64,000 nt of DNA, taken from contig SCQK01000014.1 in assembly GCA_004321885.1 (NCBI GenBank), positions 1-64,000 of the forward strand. The letters run 5' to 3'. The notes beneath the pieces are model-generated. The model was not told the DNA's origin and searched no databases. It saw nothing but the letters and a program-made list of their open reading frames with translations. The stretch is from Patescibacteria group bacterium. Its GTDB lineage: Bacteria > Patescibacteriota > Patescibacteriia > Magasanikbacterales > GWA2-37-8. The position numbers were made by a program, and so were the translations under genes. Positions 1 through 8,414 of the stretch are shown here, one piece after another. Within the stretch, counting starts at the first letter, position 1; the number at the start of each line of letters is the position of its first letter.

Positions 1-118
1 CGGCACTTGCGAACGGCTAAATCTTTAATTGTAAGGAGCGCCTGCTTAATTCGTATGCGTAAAACCATTGCCTGTAAACCAAAAGTTTTTCAACCGAATT
101 AATTTAATCATCCCTTAT

Positions 119-985
119 ATGGTACAAGCTTCAGATGTTGTTAAGCTCCGAGAACTTACGGGAGCAGGAATGATGGACTGCAAAAACGCGCTGGAAGAAA
201 CCGGCGGTGATATGGAAAAAGCCGCTGATTTATTGCGCAAAAAAGGCATTGTGAAAGCGGCTAAGCGGGCCGGCAAAGTGGCGGCCGAGGGACTGGTCCT
301 GGTGAAAACCGCCGGGAATTTCGGGGTCGTGATGGAACTGAATTGCGAGACTGATTTTGTGGCCAAAAACGACGGCTTCAAGCAAACCGCCGCAGAATTC
401 TTAGATTATCTTTTGGAAAAAAGGCCGGCTAATTTGGACCAGGCCCTGGGCCAGCCAATGGGTAGCGCCACTGTGCGCGAGAATCTGGAAAGCGCCACGG
501 CGAAAATCGGCGAGAAAATTTTCTTGCGCCGCTTCGCGGTATTGGAAAAAGGCGGCGGCGAGACTTTCGGTGAGTATATCCACATGGGCGGCAAAATCGC
601 AGTGTTGGTTTTGCTTTCCGGCGCCGATGCCGATTTGGCGCGCGAAATCGCCATGCAGGCGGCCGCGGCCAATCCGAGATATTTAGACAGAAGCGAAGTG
701 CCGGCCGCGGATTTGGAACGGGAAAAAGCCATCCACGCGGACCAGCTCAAAGCCCAGGGCAAACCCGAGAGCATGATAGAAAATATTTTGCGAGGCAAGC
801 TGGAAAAATTCTACGAGGAGAACTGCCTGATTGACCAAGTATATATAAAGGATGAAAGCAAAAAAGTGCGCGACCTGCTTGGTACGGCGACAATAAAAAA
901 ATTTATCCGTTTTGAACTGGGCGAGGGCATAGAAAAAGAACAGAAAAATTTTGCCGACGAAGTATCAGAACAGTTGGGCGGATAA
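119..985 (+). CDS. tsf: Translation elongation factor Ts
   Basis: Translation MVQASDVVKLRELTGAGMMDCKNALEETGGDMEKAADLLRKKG is the canonical EF-Ts N-terminal UBA-like region; the ORF track starts at 68 but the conserved N-terminus begins at the ATG at 119. Confidence 0.88.
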   Translation: MVQASDVVKLRELTGAGMMDCKNALEETGGDMEKAADLLRKKGIVKAAKRAGKVAAEGLVLVKTAGNFGVVMELNCETDFVAKNDGFKQTAAEFLDYLLEKRPANLDQALGQPMGSATVRENLESATAKIGEKIFLRRFAVLEKGGGETFGEYIHMGGKIAVLVLLSGADADLAREIAMQAAAANPRYLDRSEVPAADLEREKAIHADQLKAQGKPESMIENILRGKLEKFYEENCLIDQVYIKDESKKVRDLLGTATIKKFIRFELGEGIEKEQKNFADEVSEQLGG

Positions 986-1034
986 AAGTTATCCACAGGG
1001 TCATGCGATCCTGCGTGCCGGCCGCGAAAATTTG

Positions 1035-1178
1035 TGGTATAATAACATCAGCTTAATTCCACAACATTCAAGATGAGTGTGAAGCTTGTCTCACGCATCT
1101 ATAAATAGTTGGTTTGGAAATGCTTTTAGCGAAGCCAAAATTTTTTGTTAAAAATTTAATTTAAGGAGAAAAAAATAT
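1035..1178 (+). promoter_or_regulatory. Extended -10 promoter (TGgTATAAT at 1035..1043), ~130-nt leader and AAGGAG Shine-Dalgarno (1163..1168) for the giant surface-protein gene
   Basis: TGnTATAAT match; SD spaced 10 nt from the ATG at 1179. Confidence 0.5.
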
Positions 1179-4100
1179 ATGGCCAAGAAAATCGTGCGCC
1201 ATCTGGCGAGCAAAAAAAGAGCCTACCTGCTGTCGCTGGCGGCAGTGGTGTTGGGCATGGGTTTTTATTTAGCTTTTTTCTGGAGCAACGGGGCCAAGGC
1301 CCTCTCCGGCGTAACGCTTGCCGATACAGATACGAGTAGTTTTGGTTTGGATGGGCGCGACTTTACCGTAACCTGGGCCCCGGGCGCCACTCCGACGGCT
1401 TATATTTACACCCAGGTCTACATTGTTACCAGCACGGCTGTTCTTACCTCCAACACGCTTCAAACCGCCTGTAACGGCGTATGCCAGCCGGTTAGTTATT
1501 TTACCCAGTGGAGCATGAATACCGTCACCCTGCCGCAATACAGGAACACGGATAGCTCCAATGTGGCCTGGACAACCACCACCCAGTATGTGGCCTGGGT
1601 ATTTGCTTCCACCACTAACCCAGTCGATTCCCTAATGGTTTCTTCATCGCCGGTTTCCACCACTTATGACGTTGCCTCCGACGCCATGGCCCCGAACATA
1701 GATCACATGTCGGCGCACGCGGCCACGCAAAGCGCCAACGCCCTTCTTTATGCGTTTGCTTTTGACGAGCAGACCACGGCGTCCCAGTTCGCTTCCACCA
1801 CCGACGGCGGAGCTGAATTTTTTACCCTCTTTTACACGCCCACCAACACGGCCTGGGTCCCGGCCAATCAAGCGACCGCCACTTCGGTAGCCGGAGATTT
1901 ATTCTTGTTCACAGTGCCATCCGAGGCAGTGCCGGCGGCCGGGGGTTCGTTTAAGTATTATTTGTCGGCCAGAGACAGAGCCGGCAACACTAAATTTTTC
2001 TGCGCCAATCCCAGCGCCATATCCGCGGCTGATTGCCAATCCAATGCTTTTATTGTCAATACGGTAGCGGCTGGCTCGCGCCAGGTTTCCGGCAAGATTA
2101 CGTCCGGGGGCGCTAATTTGGCCGGCGCCACAGTGTTTGCCGGCGGTTATGCCAAGGCGGCTGTCGCATCCGACGCTAGCGGCGATTACACCATTACCGG
2201 TTTGCCTGATAATGATGGGTTTGATTTCACCGCGACCAAAGCCGGCTATTGCAAGAACATCCGTTTTGAAAATATCGGCGCTACCAATAAAACCGGCGTG
2301 GACATGTCGCTTAACTCCGGCACTTGCGGCGGATACTATGGCGGAGGCGGGAGCGGTGGCGGCACGCCCATGGTGGTGTTTTCGGGTCCGCCGGAAGGTA
2401 TGAATAACGTGTTTCTTGGTGAAACAATGCGCATGGGCGTAAATCAGCCCCTTGACCAGGCCACCATTAACAGCACAAATGTCTACCTCACGACCGATGA
2501 TGGCACGACTAAGATCCCCGGCAGTGTAACATTCTGTTCCAATAATGCTTCGCCCGGTTGTTCTTCTCTTTTCGCGATGGATAATAATGTCGTGTTGTTC
2601 GTGCCCACGTCGCCGCTATCTTCCAGCACCTTTTATACTTATGTCATCACCGAAGGCGTTAAAAGCGCGAGCGGCCAGTCTATTACCGGCAACCGCGCCG
2701 GCGGCGGCCACAAGGTCAGCTTTACCACCTCGGGCGGCAATTACAGCGGCGGCGGTTATACCATGGGCAGCAGCGGCCAGTTCATGCCCCCTTATGTGAA
2801 ATCAATGAGTCCGGCCGGCGGCATGAGCGTGGCCCCGAACGTTAAATTAATTCTGGAATTCAACAAGGCAATGAGCGCGAGTACGGTAAACACCTCCAAT
2901 GTTATTCTGTGGAACACGACTTTAAATTCGGCTGTTACTTTAAGCAGTGTTACCTTGGACAACGCGGAAAGCCGCTTTGCGGTTATCACGCCCAGCTCAA
3001 TGCCGGCCGGCAATGACTATGAACTGCGCGTCAAGGGCGGGGTGCAAGATGCGAGCGGCGTGGGCATGCGTTCGCCGGCCGAGGCCTCGCAAACAGCTTT
3101 CAGCTCGTTTTTTAGCGTGGCTGGTTCAAACGACAACACCGCGCCCACGACTTATCCAATGACTGCTTCTGGCACCACCGGCGTTGCCACCAATAATCTT
3201 TTTGAGTTTGGTTTTAATGAACGGCTGGATACCCAGACCGTCAATTCCACCAACATCACCATGAGCCGCGGGGGCACGTCAGTCAGCATTGACGCCAAAT
3301 ATGACGGCACCAAGAACAGTATTTTGATTGTTCCCAGCTCGGCCCTGGCGGCAAGCACGGTCTACACCATTACCTTATCCAGAATTAAGGATTTGGCCAA
3401 CAACCAAATTGCCACTTCCACCTATACCTATACTACCGGCGCGGCCGATATCGCGGCGCCGGCAGTACAGAATGTGAGATGCGATGATTATACCTGCCGC
3501 ATATCGTTCAGCGAGCCTATGAACCACGCGACCAAGGTTGATTCCACCTGGGCGAGCAGTACCTTGAATCATTTGAATTTGAGCCTGACCCAGGGTGGGG
3601 CCGACAAAATAGTCACCACCACGGCGCTATCCTACGATTCAGTGGCCAAAGAATTGGTTGCCGAGGGCGTGGCCCTTACTTTTGGCGGAGCCAACTTCGC
3701 ACTGACAATCACTGGTGTTACTGATATTACCGGCAACATTATGCCGGTCGTTGCTTGGACAGGAGCAGTGGAAGACAGTAGAAAGACGTTTGGTTTTGGT
3801 GAAATGGGCATGTTTGGCCCGCCCACTACTGATATGATGGGCGGCGGGTCCATTGGCGGCGGCGAGTTCAAGCCCATGGGCTTTGGCTCGTTTACAGCCG
3901 ACCAGTTTGCCATGGGTCAGGCTGATATGGCTTTCCCGTTCAACCCCACTGTCAGCCAGGACGTCAATGTCTTTCATGTGGAATTAAATCCCAACACGGC
4001 CCTGCAAAACAACGATCAGGTGGCATTAACATTCCCGGATGGAGTCAACATTACGAACGCCGCCATGGATACCCTGTCTCCGTTTTTCGCGGACATGAAC

Positions 4101-7100
4101 CAGTTTGGAGCCGGCACTGTGACAGCCACTATTGCCTCGGTGAATACCAGCACCAATAAGATTACTCTTAATTTAGGCATTGTCGGCGGGCCCACTGGTC
4201 CGGGCGATCGTTTGTTCATTGATTTGCGCAAAATAATCAATCAGTCAACCCCGAACAATCCGTCCATTGGCGGAAGCAAACTTAGTATTAGTATTCTAAG
4301 AAGCAACGCGGTTCTGGCCAGCAAGACCACCATGGAATATTATGTCATGGCCGGCGGCACCAATACCTTAAATGTGGCCGTCATTGCCGGCAGCGCCACT
4401 TCTTCGCCGCAAAGCGGAGCAAACGGAACAGTTTATTTGCACGGAGGCGGCCCGGGCGGTCCGATGGATAAAACCCTGGTGCTCTTGAATGGTTCAATTT
4501 CCACTGTTGACGGGACTTCGGCAAATTCAATTTCTTTCACCAGCTTAAATAACGGCTGTTATTTCGTTGGCACTGACCCGTTCGTTAGTTTGGGCGGGGC
4601 TGATTACTTTGGCCAGGGCATGCCCGAACCAGTCTGCTTGAATGGCAGTGCATCAAGTACCAAATATATCTTGCTCTCTCCGGCCGCTGGTTCGGGCTCG
4701 GTGACAACCACGGTTAAATTGGCTGGCATCGCGAACTTTGGCGGCGCTGACATAGACATCTTTGCCGGGGGTCCGGGCCGATTTGTGGTCAAGACACTCA
4801 CGGCTTTGGGTGCGCCCGATGCCAATGGCTATAATTTGCAACTGCCGGCCAATGGCAACTGGTTTATCGGCGTGGGTCCGGCCATGCCCAAGGGCAGTTC
4901 CATGACCATGCCAAAGACATTGCCGGGCGTGCCTCCGGCTCCGATTGATGTGGCTGTGAGCGGCGTTGGTTCTGGTTCCCCCTCTGTTACCCGCAACAGC
5001 TTCATGCCTCTGCCTTCCAGCGTCAGCTTCAATGATACCTCGGATACGATTACCTTTACCTTTGCCACGGCTGATAAAATGGTAACCGGCACAGTGAAAG
5101 ACGGCGCTGGAAACGGGTTGGCGAATATTCAGGTATTCTTGCACCAGCAGGGGTTTGGCGCGCCAACATTTGGGCAGACCAATGCCTCGGGCACGTTTAC
5201 ATTGTCTGTGTCGGATTATGGCAGTTATGAAATCGGCGCGTTTAGAGATGGCATGCCGCCGGTGTTCAAGAGCCTGGAGATTAGAACCGACGGCGACGAT
5301 GCCGACAGCTTGGCTGACATCTATTATCAGGGCAAGTTGATTACCCAGGCCAACCCGCTGGTGCTGACGATGAAAAAAGCGGCCTATACTATTTCCGGCA
5401 AGGTGCTTGACGCGAGCAACAACAGCATAGACGGGGCTCCGGTGTTCGCGGTGGACGAGAACGGCAATAGCGCCATGGGCATGACAGCCTCGGACGGCAG
5501 CGGCTATTCCATATTTGTGGACGCCGGCACCTGGACAGTGCGCGCTGAATTGCCTCCGGATAAATCTGACACCTGCGGGTCTTTCTCCAAGAGTGTCGTA
5601 GTCACCAACGCCAGCAAGTCATTGCAAAACATCAGCCCGTCCACAGCCACCTGTATCACGCTTAGCGGCACGGCCAGCGCCGGCGGCACGGCCATTGCCA
5701 ACGCCCCTTTGTTTATAGAGGAATGGGACAACACCAACAGCCGGCCGGTGCAGGGCGGGGTAAAACGCGGCACGGCTACGGACAGCAATGGCGCCTATTC
5801 GGTGAAATTGGCCGGCAATACCACTTATCGCGTAGGCACCTGGAATCCGACTTATGGCGAGCTTAGCGCGGTCAAGGCGGTGCTGGCAATAGATGCCACG
5901 CAAAATTTGACTCTTTCTTCAACCAGCACGGTTACATTCAATTTCACCGGCGGTACCGCCAACATGAAGGCTTTTGTTGAATTGAAGAATGCCACTGATA
6001 AAATGAAAAGAATCGGCAAACAGGTAGAGTCGCTGGCCAGCGCCGCCACTGTTTCTGTTGAAGGCGGAGCAACCTACAATTACTTCGTTGACGTGTTCGG
6101 ATTTGGCAAGTTCACGGGTTCAGTGGCCGCCGGCGCTTCAGCCACGGTAGACGTTTCCACGGTCGGCTTTATCACGGTTTCCGGCACCATATACAGCGGC
6201 GCCGGCACGACCACGCCTGTGTCCGGAGCCCTCGTCACCTTTACCAATACCAGCACCGGCATAGTGCAAAGCGCGTCCACTAATGCCAGCGGCACGTATA
6301 GCGTGAAAATTAAAGCCGGTGATTACGCGGTAAGCGCCGGTCTAAATGAATATCTGCCCGGGCAAACCGCCGCGGTAGTTTCTTTCGCTACCACCACTCT
6401 GAATTATGATTTCGGCGGCGCGGCTCCGGACCAGGTGGCCATGGTCAGAGCAAATCGCACTATTGAAGGATTTATTTCCACTTCGGCCAGCGCTTCCACT
6501 TCCCAGGGATACGTCTGGGCCACTAACGCGTCGGGCACTGTCATCAGTGCGCCTATCAACGCGAATGGCACGTATTCATTGTCTGTCAACGACGGGTCCT
6601 GGACCGTAAAAGCGACCGCGCCCAGGCACGCGGAAACCACCAAGAGCGCCGCCGTAACAGTCTCGGGAAGTAATTCCACGGGCAACAACTTTACCCTTAC
6701 CGCTGATGCCACGCGCGTGCCCACCTCAACCTCGGGCATTGTGGCGGCCAATAGCGGCGGCTCGGTAAACGACAGCAACAATACCGGCATAAAAGTAGTA
6801 GCCGGCCCGGGCGTGCTTGAAGCCGGTTCTACCAATAATGTTACGGTTAGTCTGGAAAAAACATACAGCGCCCCGGCTTCCAGCGAATTCAACGCCTTAG
6901 GCAACGCGACTTACAGCATCACGGCCAAGACCACTTCCCAGGTTAAAGATTTGGTAGGCAATGCCGATATTCAGCTTGATTACACCAGCATGGTCGCGCA
7001 ATTGCCCACCGGAGTGACGGAAGCAGACCTGAAACTGATGTACTTGTCTTCTGAAACCGGCAAATACGTGTCAGTGGAAGGCGGCTATACCATAGACGCG

Positions 7101-8309
7101 ACCAACAACACCATTACAGGCCAGGTTGACCACCTCACGGACTTTGTTATCGCTTACTCGCCTCCGGCCGCGGCGGCCGCGCCCGCCTCGCCGGCTGCCT
7201 CGCCGACCACTGGTAGCGCGCCTACCAGCGACACTACTCCGCCGACCAATACTTCGGTGGTGATAGCGGGCGGCGCCACTACCACGGCCAGCGCCTCGGT
7301 TACCCTTACCCTGGCCGCCACTGGCGCCAGCCACATGATGGTATCCAATGTCGCGGCCTTTACCGGAGCGGCTTGGGAAACTTATGCCACTTCCAAGTCT
7401 TGGACCCTGGCCTCCGGAGCCGGCGTGAAAACCGTGTACGCGCGGTTCAAGGATTCATCCGGCAACATTTCCACGGCCGTATCTGATACTATACAACTGA
7501 CCGGCACGCAGACTACCCCGACTACGGATATTGTTGTGCCGGGCGTGGAAAATCTGGTAACGGGCGCTCCGACGGCCCCGGTAGTGGCGGTAGCGTATCC
7601 GGATTCGCTGGTGGAAATCACAAATATCCTCAAGGGTTCGTTTCAGCCAAGTGAAACGCTCAAGTTCGCCTACAAGTTCACCAACGAAAGCGCCAAGACC
7701 TTGAAGATAAAAATAGTGCGCCAGCTCTTAAATAGCAAGGGCAAAGTGATAAGCACTGCTTCCACGGTAAAGACCATCAAGGCCGGGCAGGCCTTTAATG
7801 CCGGCGTGAAACAAGCGCTGAACAAGAAATGGCCGGCCGGAGTCTATACCATGCGCGTGCGCGTGTACAACGCGGCCACGAACAAACTGCTGGAGCAGAA
7901 TAGCTTCCAGATTACGATTGAAAAGCTGAAAAAGAAGGTGTTCAAGCTTGGCGCGGCTCTTAGCGCTGATTCGGATGTCCAGTTTGACCAGGCCAGTCTG
8001 GCCAAAGTCAAATCCGGCGGCGGTTTGCCGGTGATTATCAAGGCCAAATACAGCTACACCAATAATACGGGCGCAAAGCATGTGGTGAAAATGGTGCGCG
8101 AGTTGGTGAATGGCAGTGGCAAAGTAGTTTCCACTTCCAAGGGCAAATGGACAATGGCTGTGGATGAAAAGTCCAGTCAATCCTTTACCCAGCCCGTGGC
8201 CGCCAATCTGGCGGCGGGCTCGTACGCAATGCGCGTTAAGGCCTATGATTGGACCAGCAACGAATTGTTGGCGGAAAATAGCTTGGGATTTGAGGTGGCG
8301 CTAAAGTAA
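1179..8309 (+). CDS. Giant (2376 aa) secreted/cell-surface protein with N-terminal signal/TM anchor, many Thr/Ser/Gly-rich Ig-like and carboxypeptidase-regulatory-like beta-sandwich modules, and a conserved C-terminal module shared with the next gene
   Basis: Single uninterrupted ORF; hydrophobic N-terminus (LLSLAAVVLGMGFYLAFFW); recurring segments such as VSGKITSGGANLAGATVFAGGY...SGDYTITGLPDNDGFDF typical of CarboxypepD_reg-like domains; AAGGAG Shine-Dalgarno 10 nt upstream; all antisense ORFs inside are short. Confidence 0.85.
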   Translation: MAKKIVRHLASKKRAYLLSLAAVVLGMGFYLAFFWSNGAKALSGVTLADTDTSSFGLDGRDFTVTWAPGATPTAYIYTQVYIVTSTAVLTSNTLQTACNGVCQPVSYFTQWSMNTVTLPQYRNTDSSNVAWTTTTQYVAWVFASTTNPVDSLMVSSSPVSTTYDVASDAMAPNIDHMSAHAATQSANALLYAFAFDEQTTASQFASTTDGGAEFFTLFYTPTNTAWVPANQATATSVAGDLFLFTVPSEAVPAAGGSFKYYLSARDRAGNTKFFCANPSAISAADCQSNAFIVNTVAAGSRQVSGKITSGGANLAGATVFAGGYAKAAVASDASGDYTITGLPDNDGFDFTATKAGYCKNIRFENIGATNKTGVDMSLNSGTCGGYYGGGGSGGGTPMVVFSGPPEGMNNVFLGETMRMGVNQPLDQATINSTNVYLTTDDGTTKIPGSVTFCSNNASPGCSSLFAMDNNVVLFVPTSPLSSSTFYTYVITEGVKSASGQSITGNRAGGGHKVSFTTSGGNYSGGGYTMGSSGQFMPPYVKSMSPAGGMSVAPNVKLILEFNKAMSASTVNTSNVILWNTTLNSAVTLSSVTLDNAESRFAVITPSSMPAGNDYELRVKGGVQDASGVGMRSPAEASQTAFSSFFSVAGSNDNTAPTTYPMTASGTTGVATNNLFEFGFNERLDTQTVNSTNITMSRGGTSVSIDAKYDGTKNSILIVPSSALAASTVYTITLSRIKDLANNQIATSTYTYTTGAADIAAPAVQNVRCDDYTCRISFSEPMNHATKVDSTWASSTLNHLNLSLTQGGADKIVTTTALSYDSVAKELVAEGVALTFGGANFALTITGVTDITGNIMPVVAWTGAVEDSRKTFGFGEMGMFGPPTTDMMGGGSIGGGEFKPMGFGSFTADQFAMGQADMAFPFNPTVSQDVNVFHVELNPNTALQNNDQVALTFPDGVNITNAAMDTLSPFFADMNQFGAGTVTATIASVNTSTNKITLNLGIVGGPTGPGDRLFIDLRKIINQSTPNNPSIGGSKLSISILRSNAVLASKTTMEYYVMAGGTNTLNVAVIAGSATSSPQSGANGTVYLHGGGPGGPMDKTLVLLNGSISTVDGTSANSISFTSLNNGCYFVGTDPFVSLGGADYFGQGMPEPVCLNGSASSTKYILLSPAAGSGSVTTTVKLAGIANFGGADIDIFAGGPGRFVVKTLTALGAPDANGYNLQLPANGNWFIGVGPAMPKGSSMTMPKTLPGVPPAPIDVAVSGVGSGSPSVTRNSFMPLPSSVSFNDTSDTITFTFATADKMVTGTVKDGAGNGLANIQVFLHQQGFGAPTFGQTNASGTFTLSVSDYGSYEIGAFRDGMPPVFKSLEIRTDGDDADSLADIYYQGKLITQANPLVLTMKKAAYTISGKVLDASNNSIDGAPVFAVDENGNSAMGMTASDGSGYSIFVDAGTWTVRAELPPDKSDTCGSFSKSVVVTNASKSLQNISPSTATCITLSGTASAGGTAIANAPLFIEEWDNTNSRPVQGGVKRGTATDSNGAYSVKLAGNTTYRVGTWNPTYGELSAVKAVLAIDATQNLTLSSTSTVTFNFTGGTANMKAFVELKNATDKMKRIGKQVESLASAATVSVEGGATYNYFVDVFGFGKFTGSVAAGASATVDVSTVGFITVSGTIYSGAGTTTPVSGALVTFTNTSTGIVQSASTNASGTYSVKIKAGDYAVSAGLNEYLPGQTAAVVSFATTTLNYDFGGAAPDQVAMVRANRTIEGFISTSASASTSQGYVWATNASGTVISAPINANGTYSLSVNDGSWTVKATAPRHAETTKSAAVTVSGSNSTGNNFTLTADATRVPTSTSGIVAANSGGSVNDSNNTGIKVVAGPGVLEAGSTNNVTVSLEKTYSAPASSEFNALGNATYSITAKTTSQVKDLVGNADIQLDYTSMVAQLPTGVTEADLKLMYLSSETGKYVSVEGGYTIDATNNTITGQVDHLTDFVIAYSPPAAAAAPASPAASPTTGSAPTSDTTPPTNTSVVIAGGATTTASASVTLTLAATGASHMMVSNVAAFTGAAWETYATSKSWTLASGAGVKTVYARFKDSSGNISTAVSDTIQLTGTQTTPTTDIVVPGVENLVTGAPTAPVVAVAYPDSLVEITNILKGSFQPSETLKFAYKFTNESAKTLKIKIVRQLLNSKGKVISTASTVKTIKAGQAFNAGVKQALNKKWPAGVYTMRVRVYNAATNKLLEQNSFQITIEKLKKKVFKLGAALSADSDVQFDQASLAKVKSGGGLPVIIKAKYSYTNNTGAKHVVKMVRELVNGSGKVVSTSKGKWTMAVDEKSSQSFTQPVAANLAAGSYAMRVKAYDWTSNELLAENSLGFEVALK

Positions 8310-8321
8310 TAGATTATAGGG

Positions 8322-8348
8322 CCCCGTTTAGAGCATTCTCTAACGGGG
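8322..8348 (+). terminator. Terminator-like hairpin after the giant gene (CCCCGTTTAGAG-catt-CTCTAACGGGG)
   Basis: 11-bp stem with one bulge, 13 nt after the stop; a sequence-related copy follows the next gene. Confidence 0.5.
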
Positions 8349-8353
8349 CAGGA

Positions 8354-8384
8354 ATTTCCATCTAAATTTTTTTTGGATGGAAAT
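8354..8384. promoter_or_regulatory. Perfect 8-bp inverted repeat TTTCCATC-(T-rich 12 nt)-GATGGAAA between the two surface-protein genes
   Basis: Palindrome read directly from the sequence; ~30 nt upstream of the 8415 ATG. Confidence 0.35.
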
Positions 8385-8414
8385 TTTTGCGGAAATTTAT
8401 TTATTAAATATAGT

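Noticed and set aside
68-118. Upstream extension of tsf from the ORF-track start at 68
   Set aside because: The conserved EF-Ts N-terminus begins at the ATG at 119; the extra 17 residues (MPVNQKFFNRINLIIPY) have no counterpart in EF-Ts.
1269-8180. Numerous 60-170-aa minus-strand and alternate-frame ORFs inside the giant gene (e.g. 4653..5144, 6404..6904, 7728..8180)
   Set aside because: They are embedded antisense to, or out of frame with, one continuous 7.1-kb ORF that has clear domain structure. They are Pro/Arg/Gly-rich as expected for spurious frames.
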